From: a virus
Lineage: Duplodnaviria > Caudoviricetes
Reading direction: 5' to 3' (one strand)
Length of the DNA: 64,000 nucleotides
IMG/VR virus record: IMGVR_UViG_3300049144_000095
Location: 1-64,000 of that record
Part shown: positions 8,355 through 18,012 of the stretch, piece by piece
How positions within the stretch are numbered: the stretch's first letter is position 1
Layout of the letters: the number at the start of each line of letters is the position of its first letter
Translations under genes and position numbers: made by a program
Notes under the pieces: generated by a model
What the model saw: the letters and a program-made list of their open reading frames with translations, nothing else
Told to the model about the DNA's origin: nothing
Database searches by the model: none

Positions 8355-8714
8355 GTGCGCACGACCGGCGACGTCATCAGCCAGACCGTGAAGAACCTAC
8401 TGATGGAAGCTGTCAGGGAGGATCAGGACGCTCTGATCGTCAGTACACCCACCAAGGAGTACAACCGCAAGGTGCACGACCTGGCCGACTTCCTCGGGGT
8501 GTCGCGTCCCTACATGCCGCGCAAGATCCAGTCAGGCTCCTGGAGTGCCAGAGACCTGGACAGGCTGGCCATCTATTTCCGCAAGTACCCCCAAGATTTC
8601 GTCCCTGGTCCTCACGACGAGGGATGGGCGCTGTCGGACCGAGCGCCAGAAGGTAACGCATCGACAGATGTCAGTGCCTCGGGTGACAATCCGGAGATGC
8701 ACTCCGGAGCCTGA
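8355..8714 (+). CDS. XRE-like HTH protein
   Basis: HDLADFLGVSRPYMPRKIQSGSWSARDLDRLAIYF; RBS GAGGAGG. Confidence 0.65.
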   Translation: MRTTGDVISQTVKNLLMEAVREDQDALIVSTPTKEYNRKVHDLADFLGVSRPYMPRKIQSGSWSARDLDRLAIYFRKYPQDFVPGPHDEGWALSDRAPEGNASTDVSASGDNPEMHSGA

Positions 8715-8730
8715 TGAACCGAAAGACGGA

Positions 8731-11130
8731 ATGGAGAAGACCGTGACGGTGAAGTTCACGGACGAGCAGCAGGCTGCAATAGACCTCGCTGCCAAGGGTG
8801 AGTCGTTCTCCCTCATCGCCCCCGCCGGGTCGGGCAAGAGTGCCACGGCGGTCGGCATGGGTCAGGTGCTCCGAAAGAAGAAGGTGCTGTACCTGGTCTA
8901 CAACACGGCCGCCCGCAAGGAGGCTGAGGAAAAGTTCAAGAAGGCGGGCATGACCTGGGTGGACGTGCGCACCACCAGCCAGATCGCCTGGAGGGAGTAC
9001 GCCTACATCCAGGGCGCGAACTACGGCGAGCGGATGAAGCCCCGCGCAACGCACGTGCCCGCCACGGAGATCAGGGACACGCTCGGCCTGCATGACATCG
9101 ACTTCGGCGGCAACCTCGTCCTGAGCGGCTACACGCAGGCGGTGCTGGCAGAGCGGGCGATCGAGCGCTTCTGCAACTCCGCGCGCCCGGAGATCACCTA
9201 CAAGGACGTCGACCTCGTGGTGGCAGGTGTCGACGACATCATCCTGGACGCGGCACGCAAGCACATCGCCAAGCTGGCCAACCGGCTCTGGAAGCAGTGC
9301 GTCCGGCCGGACTCCGGACTGCGGTTCACCATGAACCACGCCTTCAAGCTGGTGGCCTCCGGCGGTGTCAACTACGGATACGACGTCGTGCTCGTGGACG
9401 AGGCGCAGGACTCGAACGACGCCACGATGCGGTTCATCACCAACCAGGTGGGCGCCCAGGCCATCCTGATCGGCGACCCGGCCCAGGCGCTCTACTGCCA
9501 GCCGCTGGGCACTCAGGTCGAGGTGGTTGACGGCGTGAGTGTCGGTTCGCAGCCCGCGAAGACCAAGTCTGTCGCCATCGAGGAGCTGAAGGTCGGCGAC
9601 CGTGTCGTCACCTACGACAACACGCACCTGTGGCGCCGGGGTCGCGAGATCACGCACATCACTCGCTTCGGGCACGACGGCGAGATGGTGAAGGCGACGA
9701 CGGAGTCCGGCCTGACGTCGTCGTATACGCCGAAGCACAACTGCATCGTGCGTATCGACGACAACCTGGCCGACAAGCATGTGGTGTACCTGATGCGGCG
9801 CGGCGATCAGTACCGGATCGGCCGCACGCGGATGATGTACAGCTCGCAGCACAAAGGCTTCGGGGTGGTACTGCGAGGCCGACGCGAGAAGGCCGACGCC
9901 GTCTGGATCCTCTCGCTGCACGACTCGGTTGGCGAGGCGTCTCTCATGGAGATGCTGACGCAGCACGAGTTCAACATCCCGGGTGTCCACTTCGAGTCCG
10001 TCGATGGGGATGTTGTGAACGCCGCTGAGTTCTGGCGGAAGCTGGGGTCCAACAAGGACAGTGGCGAGAAGTGCCTCGCTAGCTTCGGGCGGCTTGTGGA
10101 GTCCCCCCTATGGACGCCTGACATGCAGCACAGGATGGGCATCCGGGTGGCGTTCCCGACGGCTGCTGCCAACGTCATGGACGGCATGAAGATGCTTCCG
10201 CTTCGCAACGTCGACCGGAGATTCAAGGGCAAGGCCCCACGCCACGTCTGGGAGGAGGTGACGGTGGAAAAGTACTACTACGTCGGAGACGTCGTATCCC
10301 TGGAGGTCGACGAGCACCACAACTACTTCGGCGACGGGATCCTCACGCACAACTCCTGGCGTGGGGCGACCGACCAGATCATGCGCCACAAGGGCGAGAA
10401 GCTGTACCTCACCCAGTCGTTCCGCTTCGGAGACGCTGTCGCCGAGGAGGCGGGCAAGCACCTGGTGCACACCGAGACGGGCGTGACGATCAAGGGTCTC
10501 CCCTCCATCAACGACCAGGTCACCGAGGGCGACATGGTCAACCCGGACGTCGTCCTCACCCGGACCAACGGCGGCGCCATGGAGTGGGCGATCAGCTACC
10601 TGGCTGCCGGGAAGAGGGTGGCCCTGGTCAAGGGAACCGACACGATCCTGAACCTGGCCTACGCTGCCGCAGACCTGATGAAGGGCGTGAAGCCGAAGAG
10701 CCTCGAACTGAGCGCCTTCAAGACGTGGCAGGAGCTGGTGCAGTACACCGACGAGCCTGGCGGCGCCCAGTTCAAGCCGCTCGTGCGTCTCGTGCAGACC
10801 CATGGCGTGCACACGCTGATCGACGCGTGCAAGAAGATGGTGAAGTACGACGCGAAGTACCCCAGGCACGACGTGGCTGTGACCACGTGCCACTCCATCA
10901 AGGGCCTGGAGTGGGACAACGTGCAGATCGGGGACGATTTCTTCGAGCCCCGCCCGTTCGAGAACCCGCTCACCAACAAGATGGAGCCCGGGGTCATCGA
11001 CAAGCACGAGGCGATGATCCACTACGTGGCGGTCACCCGTGCGCGCCGCCACCTGGACCGGCACGGGCTGGCCTGGATCGACGAGTACGGCACCCCCGCC
11101 GGGGCCGACCGGATCGCCGTCGGTGGCTGA
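8731..11130 (+). CDS. UvrD/Rep-like SF1 helicase with intein
   Basis: APAGSGKS, YLVYN, DEAQD, GDPAQALY|SWRGA, LTQSFRFG, TCHSIKGLEW, YVAVTRAR. Confidence 0.92.
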   Translation: MEKTVTVKFTDEQQAAIDLAAKGESFSLIAPAGSGKSATAVGMGQVLRKKKVLYLVYNTAARKEAEEKFKKAGMTWVDVRTTSQIAWREYAYIQGANYGERMKPRATHVPATEIRDTLGLHDIDFGGNLVLSGYTQAVLAERAIERFCNSARPEITYKDVDLVVAGVDDIILDAARKHIAKLANRLWKQCVRPDSGLRFTMNHAFKLVASGGVNYGYDVVLVDEAQDSNDATMRFITNQVGAQAILIGDPAQALYCQPLGTQVEVVDGVSVGSQPAKTKSVAIEELKVGDRVVTYDNTHLWRRGREITHITRFGHDGEMVKATTESGLTSSYTPKHNCIVRIDDNLADKHVVYLMRRGDQYRIGRTRMMYSSQHKGFGVVLRGRREKADAVWILSLHDSVGEASLMEMLTQHEFNIPGVHFESVDGDVVNAAEFWRKLGSNKDSGEKCLASFGRLVESPLWTPDMQHRMGIRVAFPTAAANVMDGMKMLPLRNVDRRFKGKAPRHVWEEVTVEKYYYVGDVVSLEVDEHHNYFGDGILTHNSWRGATDQIMRHKGEKLYLTQSFRFGDAVAEEAGKHLVHTETGVTIKGLPSINDQVTEGDMVNPDVVLTRTNGGAMEWAISYLAAGKRVALVKGTDTILNLAYAAADLMKGVKPKSLELSAFKTWQELVQYTDEPGGAQFKPLVRLVQTHGVHTLIDACKKMVKYDAKYPRHDVAVTTCHSIKGLEWDNVQIGDDFFEPRPFENPLTNKMEPGVIDKHEAMIHYVAVTRARRHLDRHGLAWIDEYGTPAGADRIAVGG
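9496..10353 (+). mobile_element. Class-1 intein (286 aa) in helicase motif III
   Basis: Starts CQPLGT, block B YTPKH, ends EVDEHHNYFGDGILTHN followed by Ser; excision restores GDPAQALYSWRGA. Confidence 0.92.
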
Positions 11131-11650
11131 CGAACGACGCCTCACAGCCACGCTGGCCGACTCTCTCGGAGAGTTGCGCCAGCGTGGCTGGCGCACCAGC
11201 GAGCTGTACTGGGCACGCACCCGGCAAGGCTTCATCCATGCCTGGACGCGCGTGCCCGGCGGCGTGGACGAAGTCCTCGTTCTCGCGGAAATCGGTGAGC
11301 GCGGCGACGTCCAACTCCACCGGTTCCTCCTGCTGGAGGGACGGAAGGAGTGGCTGGAGTGCGACGAGAGGGCTTTCCTCGGCTTCCTGGAAACCGGGCC
11401 GTCCGGCCTCAAGGAGGGGCGCAGTGAGCGAGTGCCGACAACCTGCCGGTGTGAATGGATGGTGCACCGCTCCGGCAGACGGGCATACCGGTACGCACGA
11501 GAGCTGGCCCGGCGGTACGGCAAGACTGGAATCCAGAGGCCTTACCGGTGTCACGACAACCCGCGCGCCTTTCACCTGACGCTCATGCAGAAGGGCAGCG
11601 ATGAGCTGATCCCCGATGCCTACCTGGATTCCGGAGTCCACAAGAAGTAA
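11123..11650 (+). CDS. Hypothetical protein with C-terminal Cys/His motif
   Basis: GTG overlapping helicase stop; CRC...YRCHDNPRAFHLT. Confidence 0.6.
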   Translation: MADERRLTATLADSLGELRQRGWRTSELYWARTRQGFIHAWTRVPGGVDEVLVLAEIGERGDVQLHRFLLLEGRKEWLECDERAFLGFLETGPSGLKEGRSERVPTTCRCEWMVHRSGRRAYRYARELARRYGKTGIQRPYRCHDNPRAFHLTLMQKGSDELIPDAYLDSGVHKK

Positions 11651-11668
11651 CGGCAAGGAGGGGGCGCC

Positions 11669-12139
11669 GTGATCACGAGACTTGATCAGCACCAGGATCT
11701 CGCCAAGTCCGGTTTCATCCGAGACGTCAGTGAACGCCTGTACTTGCTCGGGTATGACGTGAACTATAAGCGGCTGTCACCCTCGAAGAAGAAAAGCAGG
11801 ACTTCGCCGCGCGATGTCGTGCACGCACAGAATTCCTGGTTCACCCAGGCCGTAGTGACGGTCATCTACCCGCCCGCGAAGGACCCCCTCGTGGTCCTCC
11901 AGGGGTCGGTGCGCGACCCTGAGGGTGACCAGTTGGGCCGGTTCGAGATCGCCGACCTGGAGAGCCTCTGGCGGTTCGTCGAGGAGAACGGGCAGTGCCC
12001 GTGCGGTGAACAGATGTACTCCGAGACGAGCGCCCGCAAGGTGATAGCCCGGTCGCTGCACAGGCGTGGCAACAGGGGTGACGAGCGCCGCATGACCGCC
12101 TGCCCGGCTGGATGGGCGACTGTCTTTCATCTGAACTGA
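11669..12139 (+). CDS. Hypothetical protein (C-terminal Cys/His motif)
   Basis: RBS AAGGAGG; CPCG...CPAGWATVFHL. Confidence 0.65.
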   Translation: MITRLDQHQDLAKSGFIRDVSERLYLLGYDVNYKRLSPSKKKSRTSPRDVVHAQNSWFTQAVVTVIYPPAKDPLVVLQGSVRDPEGDQLGRFEIADLESLWRFVEENGQCPCGEQMYSETSARKVIARSLHRRGNRGDERRMTACPAGWATVFHLN

Positions 12140-12160
12140 CACATACCGAATGGGGGGCTT

Positions 12161-12598
12161 GTGTCGAACCTGCCCAGATATCGAGTAGAACGCCCCGTCA
12201 CTGGTCGCATCGCAATCAGGATGCCGTACGCGCCGAACAACCGGGTCTGGCTGAAGGATGTCCTCGGCGAGCGCATACGACCTGACTGGGACAAGCAGAA
12301 TCGATGCTGGTGGGTGGCCCGCAACCACTTCGCCAAGGTCATCGAGGCGCTGCGTGACCGGCTCGGCCGGATCGACGTCTACGTGGACTGCCGGAACACC
12401 GAGCGTTGCGACACCCGCTGCAAGAACGCCCGCAGCCGTGAGTGCACCTGCCAGTGTCTCGGCAAGCATCACGGCCAGGGCATCACCTACGGCTGGAAGG
12501 TGGTCGGTGACACCACCGAGGTCCGCTCGGCCGGTATCGTGCGGCGCCACTTCGTCGTAGTTCGGGAAAGGGGAGAAACGCATGAGCAGCAACGGTGA
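12161..12598 (+). CDS. Hypothetical protein with Cys-rich Zn-binding motif
   Basis: CDTRCKNARSRECTCQCLGKHHG. Confidence 0.65.
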   Translation: MSNLPRYRVERPVTGRIAIRMPYAPNNRVWLKDVLGERIRPDWDKQNRCWWVARNHFAKVIEALRDRLGRIDVYVDCRNTERCDTRCKNARSRECTCQCLGKHHGQGITYGWKVVGDTTEVRSAGIVRRHFVVVRERGETHEQQR

Positions 12599-12767
12599 GT
12601 CGGCCTACGAGGCACACGTCCTCGCGACGGAGGACTGCTTCGAGAGGGCAGGCGATCGAGACACCGTCAATCCGGCCGTGGAGATCGGTCAGGGCATCAT
12701 CTCCGCCCTGCTGGCTATCGCCGCTGCCGTCCGTGAAGGTAACTCCGGACGCGGTGGCCAGACGTGA
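12582..12767 (+). CDS. Hypothetical protein
   Basis: RBS GGGGAG; coupled to both neighbours. Confidence 0.55.
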   Translation: MSSNGESAYEAHVLATEDCFERAGDRDTVNPAVEIGQGIISALLAIAAAVREGNSGRGGQT

Positions 12768-13387
12768 AGGCCACGAACCTGACCAACGAGCAGATCAAGG
12801 AACTGCGCGAACGGGCGCGACGTGAAGCCGGACCGTTCGTCAACCCGGCTATCGCGACGGGCTTCACGTCACACAACCCCGAGTGGGCTGCCGAGATCCT
12901 GGGAGAACGAAATTCCGCCATGGGCCTGACATGGCCGGAGGTCTACCTCCTCCACATCGCCAAGCAGGCCGAACCCAATCCACCCCCGCCCCCGCTGGCC
13001 ACTGCCCGACACCTGGCGTACGAGCAGGAGGAGCAGAAGCGCTGGGAAGTTGAACGCGAGAGGCAGCGACGGAGGTTCGACGAGTGGCTGGAGCTGAAAG
13101 CCGCTCTGCACAGGGCGGGCACCGAGGTCACGGTGCGGCACAACTACACCTCGCACCGGCACCTGGACGGGTACACCCAGGGCGGCGACCACATCTACCT
13201 GCTCAAGCCGCTCGACTTCGGCCGCCTGCACCGGGATGCAGAGATCGTTCTGTGCTGGACGCCGAGCCGGGCGAAGGATCTCGACCACTTCCCGGTCGAG
13301 GGTGAGTACGACGACCGGGTGCCCACTTGTAAGGCGTGCCTGAAGACGGCGCGGTCCATTGCGAACCGCCTGCCCGCCGAGGCCTGA
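12764..13387 (+). CDS. Hypothetical protein
   Basis: GTGA coupling; C-terminal PTCKAC. Confidence 0.65.
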   Translation: MKATNLTNEQIKELRERARREAGPFVNPAIATGFTSHNPEWAAEILGERNSAMGLTWPEVYLLHIAKQAEPNPPPPPLATARHLAYEQEEQKRWEVERERQRRRFDEWLELKAALHRAGTEVTVRHNYTSHRHLDGYTQGGDHIYLLKPLDFGRLHRDAEIVLCWTPSRAKDLDHFPVEGEYDDRVPTCKACLKTARSIANRLPAEA

Positions 13388-13417
13388 CGCGAGAACACCG
13401 GAAAGGACAGAAGAAAC

Positions 13418-13936
13418 GTGACGAAAGATCTCTACCAGGACGGCCTCTTTCAGCCCGACGAAGGTGAGTTCACCCGGCTTCCGCAGCGAGTCAGAACCCT
13501 TTGGAGGATCCAGACGGCCACCTCGGCCGTAATCTACGCAGCCGCCGCCGGTGTCGTCCTCGGGCTGCTCATGCCCCGGCTGTTCAACTGGAGCTGGGCC
13601 TGGTCACTGCTCGCCCTCTGCTTCCCCCTCCAGACGGCCTGGATCTGGTCCCGACTGAAGAAGCGCTGGGAGTTCACCGGTTACCGCCTGGACCAGGATG
13701 AGGTGCATTTTCGGTACGGCCTCATGCGCCGCAAGCTGGAAGGCTTCCCCTACGGTCGCATTCAGCTCGTCGAGGTCTCCTCTGGATTCTGGGCCCGTCG
13801 CCTCGGTCTGGCCTACGTCAGCATCTCCATCGGTGCACGCGCACGGTCCGGCATCGGGCCGGTCTCGGCCGAGGAGGCATCCCGACTCCGCGCGGAGCTG
13901 ATGGAACTTACCCGGGCAAAGGCGGTCGAACTGTGA
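13418..13936 (+). CDS. YdbS-like membrane protein with bacterial PH (bPH_2) domain
   Basis: Two TM helices then RWEFTGYRLDQDEVHFRYGLMRRKLEGFPYGRIQLVEVSSGFWARRLGLAYV. Confidence 0.85.
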   Translation: MTKDLYQDGLFQPDEGEFTRLPQRVRTLWRIQTATSAVIYAAAAGVVLGLLMPRLFNWSWAWSLLALCFPLQTAWIWSRLKKRWEFTGYRLDQDEVHFRYGLMRRKLEGFPYGRIQLVEVSSGFWARRLGLAYVSISIGARARSGIGPVSAEEASRLRAELMELTRAKAVEL

Positions 13937-15267
13937 GCAGTGTGATCGAGTCCGGGCGCCTCCATCCCATCACCGCCATTCGGCAGGCCTGGTTGCAGCT
14001 CAGCGTCTTCGTGTGGCTCGCCTGGGATCACCGCGACATCTTCGACGATGTGACCGACAAGTTCGGCGTCCGAGGTCCAGTCGCCTCAGTCCTCACCTTC
14101 GTTGCCCTGGTCAGCCTCATCGTGTACGTCTCCTGGCGCAAGACCGCTTTCACCATGACCTCGGCGTACCTGGACTACCACTACGGGTTGATGCGGCAGG
14201 TGCACCGCCGTATCAACGTTGACCAGATCCGCACCGTGGACGTCGAGCACCCCTTGTTCGGGCGCCCCTTCGGCGTGCGAGCCCTGGTCTTCTCCACGGC
14301 GGCCGGACCGACGAAGCTGGCCTACCTGGGGCCGCATGCGGCGGCAAAGCTACACGACGCCGTGGTGACTCAGACCGGTGCGACGTCCACAAGGGCGAGT
14401 AGTGAAGGCGTCGTCGCGCGCGTCACCGCCACTCGTCTCGCCCTGTCGATCCTGCTGGATGTCGAGGAGCTGCTGGGTCTCATCATCGGCGGCGCGATGA
14501 GCTTCATTCCGTTCATCGTCTCCGGGCATGTGTTCACTCTGGGGCTTGCGCTGCCCTGGCTGAGGACGACCTGGAGGGCGACGGGCAAGAAGTTCCCGAA
14601 GTATCACGGCTGGACCGTGCGTGAAGTGGCGGCGGGCTACCGGGTTGAATACGGGCTGTTCAACAAGGAGCAGTTCACCTGGCAGCGCGACCGGATCTGC
14701 TCCATCACCCTGCATCAGCCCCTGCTGTGGCGCTCACGGGACTGGGTGAAGGTCACCGGCGGATTCGTCGGCAGGGAAGGCGGTGACGGTAACGGCCCGG
14801 AGGACCCTGACGGACTCCTGCTCATCCCCGTGACAACGCGAGCGCAAGCCGAGAAGATGCTGGTCCGCATCTACGGACCCGAGGTTCTGAAGTTGATCGA
14901 CGAACCAGTCCGGGCGCCACGACGAGCCCGTTGGTGCACCCTGTGGCGGCGCGGCTGCGCGCTCAGCCATTCGCGGGACTTCGTGATCGGCTGGAGGGGG
15001 CTGTTCCTGAAGCAGACCGCCACGATCGCCCCCCTGGCTCGGGTGCTGGGCGTGAACGTCCTCCAGGGGCCCTGGCAGCGGGTGCACCAGCTCGCCCACG
15101 TCCGCCTGAGCCTCCCGGGCGGCGACGATGTTCTGGCGGCCCATCGTGACATCCATGAGGCCGCCAGGGTGGCAAGCATGATCCGTGCCTCCACGGTGAA
15201 CAGCGTCCTGACCGGCACTCCGATCGCTCGCCGGTTTGTCGAGAAGATCATCAAGGAGAGCCGGTGA
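13933..15267 (+). CDS. YdbT-like membrane protein with three bPH_2 repeats
   Basis: N-terminal RLHPIT; repeats INVDQIRTVDVEHPLFGRPFGV, RDRICSITLHQPLLWR, LARVLGVNVLQGPWQR. Confidence 0.85.
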   Translation: MSSVIESGRLHPITAIRQAWLQLSVFVWLAWDHRDIFDDVTDKFGVRGPVASVLTFVALVSLIVYVSWRKTAFTMTSAYLDYHYGLMRQVHRRINVDQIRTVDVEHPLFGRPFGVRALVFSTAAGPTKLAYLGPHAAAKLHDAVVTQTGATSTRASSEGVVARVTATRLALSILLDVEELLGLIIGGAMSFIPFIVSGHVFTLGLALPWLRTTWRATGKKFPKYHGWTVREVAAGYRVEYGLFNKEQFTWQRDRICSITLHQPLLWRSRDWVKVTGGFVGREGGDGNGPEDPDGLLLIPVTTRAQAEKMLVRIYGPEVLKLIDEPVRAPRRARWCTLWRRGCALSHSRDFVIGWRGLFLKQTATIAPLARVLGVNVLQGPWQRVHQLAHVRLSLPGGDDVLAAHRDIHEAARVASMIRASTVNSVLTGTPIARRFVEKIIKESR

Positions 15268-15599
15268 CCCAGTCGAACGAGCCGCCCAGTCCCGCTGAGG
15301 TGGTCGGACCGCTGGTCCAGTACCTCGGGTGCATCCTCATCGAGGAGATGACAGGGGCAACGGGGGCTGACCTGCGGCGCTGGCTGGAGGGCGGCTTCCT
15401 GAATATCGATCAGGAGGCGCGACTCCGTACCGGTCACAAAGCACTTCAGATCGTCGCCGAGGTCGACGGGGCGTTCGTTGCTCGGGCCTGGATGATCGGG
15501 ATGGACCCGCACCTCGGCGACGAATGCCCGCTAGTTCTCATCAGGCAAGGGCGCGGGCGGGACGTCCTGGTCGCGGCCCGCGCCTACGTCAACGGCTGA
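15264..15599 (+). CDS. Xre/MbcA/ParS-like antitoxin-domain protein
   Basis: HTH-like LRRWLEG then VARAWMIGMDPHLGDECPLVLIRQG, typical of the MbcA/ParS C-terminal domain. Confidence 0.6.
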   Translation: MTQSNEPPSPAEVVGPLVQYLGCILIEEMTGATGADLRRWLEGGFLNIDQEARLRTGHKALQIVAEVDGAFVARAWMIGMDPHLGDECPLVLIRQGRGRDVLVAARAYVNG

Positions 15600-15623
15600 C
15601 AACGGAAAAGGAGAAGAGAAACA

Positions 15624-16250
15624 ATGAAGGCGTTCTACCCTGGCTTCACCTTCGTGTACGGCGACGCGGAGTTCACCCCGAATCTGCACACGCCCGGCGG
15701 CCTCGTGTCGCTGGCGCTTCACTCCGAGCGCGGCAGCGTCTACGCAGTCAACGCCGAAGCTGACCGCGACGCATTCTGCGCCAGCCCCTTCCGCCGAACC
15801 CACATTTGGTCCAAGCTCCCGCTGCGAAAGGACGGAAGCCTCGACCTCAAGCACCCCGCCGTCATGAGCTACAGCGACATCGCCGACATGGTCGCCGTCC
15901 ACTTCGACACGCTGACCGGAGGCCGGAAGTACCGCAAGCACGTCGGCTTCATCGCCAACCACGGCACCCAGGACATGGGGCGGATCCATGCCATGTTCGA
16001 CGACGACTGGTTCGACGTGATGCCGCCCTCCGTGCCTCGGCGGCCGTTCGCCGACCTCGCCACCCTGGAAGACCTCGCGGGCGTCGAGGACGATCATCTG
16101 CCCAACGGTCTGCGCCTGCCGGAACTGCCCGCCGACGAGGCGCACCACGCCCTGAGGGACGCCAAGTGGGACCGGGAGGTCCACGAGTTCTTGATGCAGC
16201 ACTCCCAGGCCGTGCGCATCGCCAGCGGCGTCGAGCGCCTGGAGAGCTGA
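15624..16250 (+). CDS. DEDDh 3'-5' exoribonuclease (RNase AS/Rv2179c-like)
   Basis: GDAEF (ExoI), LVSLAL, TQD (ExoII), HHALRDA (ExoIII). Confidence 0.75.
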   Translation: MKAFYPGFTFVYGDAEFTPNLHTPGGLVSLALHSERGSVYAVNAEADRDAFCASPFRRTHIWSKLPLRKDGSLDLKHPAVMSYSDIADMVAVHFDTLTGGRKYRKHVGFIANHGTQDMGRIHAMFDDDWFDVMPPSVPRRPFADLATLEDLAGVEDDHLPNGLRLPELPADEAHHALRDAKWDREVHEFLMQHSQAVRIASGVERLES

Positions 16251-16591
16251 TGTCAGATCGACACGACACTTTTCGCCCGTTGATCGATCCGCTGGAGTTC
16301 ACGGGAGTCACTTACGACCTGAACTCCTCTTATGTGGACCGGACCGGTTCCGTGTGGTCCTTCGATGACACCATCAGTGCCGTGGACGGAACGTGGGACA
16401 TGCGGACATCCGACCACTGCTACGCGGAGTCGCTGGCCGACGTGATCCTGAATTGGGGACCGCTCAAGGCGTGCAGCACGAAGTCCAAGGCTTCGCTGCA
16501 CTATCGGCACCTGCCGGAGTGGATCGAAGAACTCAGGGCCGCGACAACCTGTGAAGAGAATGGCTCCAGAAGGACCGAGGTGAGCCCGTGA
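16250..16591 (+). CDS. Hypothetical phage protein (phiSA1p31-like)
   Basis: YDL...YVDRTGSVW...SLADVILNWGPL pattern recalled from Streptomyces phage proteins. Confidence 0.5.
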   Translation: MSDRHDTFRPLIDPLEFTGVTYDLNSSYVDRTGSVWSFDDTISAVDGTWDMRTSDHCYAESLADVILNWGPLKACSTKSKASLHYRHLPEWIEELRAATTCEENGSRRTEVSP

Positions 16592-16800
16592 CGCAGCGTC
16601 CATACGGCAACGACGACCTGCGCGCTCAGGCTGCGCTCTACATGGACCATGTCGAGGTGAGCCCCCTTGTGGTCCTCTCCGACATGGCCGACGAGGAGTC
16701 CTGGCGAGAGCTGGGTGCCGACGACTTCAACGGCGCTCACTCCGCCGCCCTGAAGCTGATCCGGGACGGCGGAGTCACCCGGACCGAGGAGGATGCGTGA
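16588..16800 (+). CDS. Hypothetical protein
   Basis: GTGA coupling both sides. Confidence 0.55.
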   Translation: MTQRPYGNDDLRAQAALYMDHVEVSPLVVLSDMADEESWRELGADDFNGAHSAALKLIRDGGVTRTEEDA

Positions 16801-17327
16801 CCGCCAGCGAGACCCTTCCGGCCGCACCGCTTCCCCGCCTCGCCCTGTGCCCCAACCCGTACTGCGGACAGGAGGTCCGAGTCCGCAACAACCAGACGCT
16901 GTTCAAGCACGACTGGCCGCTCGGTCCGAACGGGCCGATCGTCCTCGACAGCAACGGCTTCATGATCACGCAATGCCCGAACTCCGGATGGCGGGTGAAG
17001 GAGCTGCTGGAGCCCACGTTCGCACGCTGGCTCTGGATGCAGTCGAAGCGATCCGACGGCGACACCAACGAGGTCACGCGGCTTGCCCAGTGGCGGTTCC
17101 AGGGCTGCACTCGCAGCCCCAAGCGCACCGCCCGGGATGTCGAATGGACAACAGCGGAAGAGTTGCACGGCCATCTGCATCTGATCCAACTCGCCCGCGC
17201 CGGAACGCCCGACAGGCGTCCGGGGTTTGGGCACTGCGACTTCGAGTGCGAGTACGTGATGCAGGCCGATCAGGTGTATCAGCGGCTCCTTGCCGAACAG
17301 AACGAGCAATCCCAGGGGGAAAGATGA
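16797..17327 (+). CDS. Hypothetical protein, N-terminal Zn ribbon plus YozE/SAM-like segment
   Basis: CPNPYC...H...C; TFARWLWMQSKR.D...VTRLA. Confidence 0.6.
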   Translation: MTASETLPAAPLPRLALCPNPYCGQEVRVRNNQTLFKHDWPLGPNGPIVLDSNGFMITQCPNSGWRVKELLEPTFARWLWMQSKRSDGDTNEVTRLAQWRFQGCTRSPKRTARDVEWTTAEELHGHLHLIQLARAGTPDRRPGFGHCDFECEYVMQADQVYQRLLAEQNEQSQGER

Positions 17328-17692
17328 GCACCATCTACTGGCAGGACGCCAGGCAGATCGACATGAAGGACTACGACGGCGCCTGCGCGATCCTCCGGTG
17401 GTGCGGTGGCACGGCTCTCGGTGAGGACTACGACCCCTTCGTGATGTCGGTCCCCGGTCCGGATGGCATTCAGTACGCCCAGGACGGGGACTGGGTGGAG
17501 GTCGCCAGCGACGGCTCCTTCTGCGTCGTCCCCGGCTCCAGCCGCACCACGTGCCTGACCTGCAAGGGAAGCGGTGGCGACCCGGACGATCCGGGCGAGT
17601 TCATACCCGAAGCCGGAAAGTACAAGCCCACCTCGCCGTGCCCGGACTGCAAGGGCCTCGGCATCAAGGTCCAGCAAGGAGAGAAGCAGTGA
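17324..17692 (+). CDS. Hypothetical protein with DnaJ-type CxxCxGxG motifs
   Basis: CLTCKGSG and CPDCKGLG; ATGA coupling. Confidence 0.65.
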   Translation: MSTIYWQDARQIDMKDYDGACAILRWCGGTALGEDYDPFVMSVPGPDGIQYAQDGDWVEVASDGSFCVVPGSSRTTCLTCKGSGGDPDDPGEFIPEAGKYKPTSPCPDCKGLGIKVQQGEKQ

Positions 17693-18012
17693 CGATCTTC
17701 CGGCCCGGCGAAGTCCAGCGCATCCCCGAGCAGATCTACAGCGACATGGAGTCGGCCGTCATCCGCCTGACCGGACTGAACGTGGAGCAGGCTCAGCGGG
17801 TGGTCGATGCGGTTCTCGGCCCGCTGCGGCTCGCGCCGGGGGTTGAGCCGAGCGAAGACATGTACCCCTGCGAGCATGCCTACTGGACATACGAGGGCAC
17901 TTGGACCCTGTGTACTCAGCGGAAGGCGCATGATCTGCACCAGGGTCTCGACGGCACGGACTGGCGCACCGGGGACGCCCGTGACGTCAACAGGAAGAGG
18001 TTCGCGCGATGA
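17689..18012 (+). CDS. Hypothetical protein
   Basis: RBS AAGGAG, GTGA coupling. Confidence 0.6.
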   Translation: MTIFRPGEVQRIPEQIYSDMESAVIRLTGLNVEQAQRVVDAVLGPLRLAPGVEPSEDMYPCEHAYWTYEGTWTLCTQRKAHDLHQGLDGTDWRTGDARDVNRKRFAR

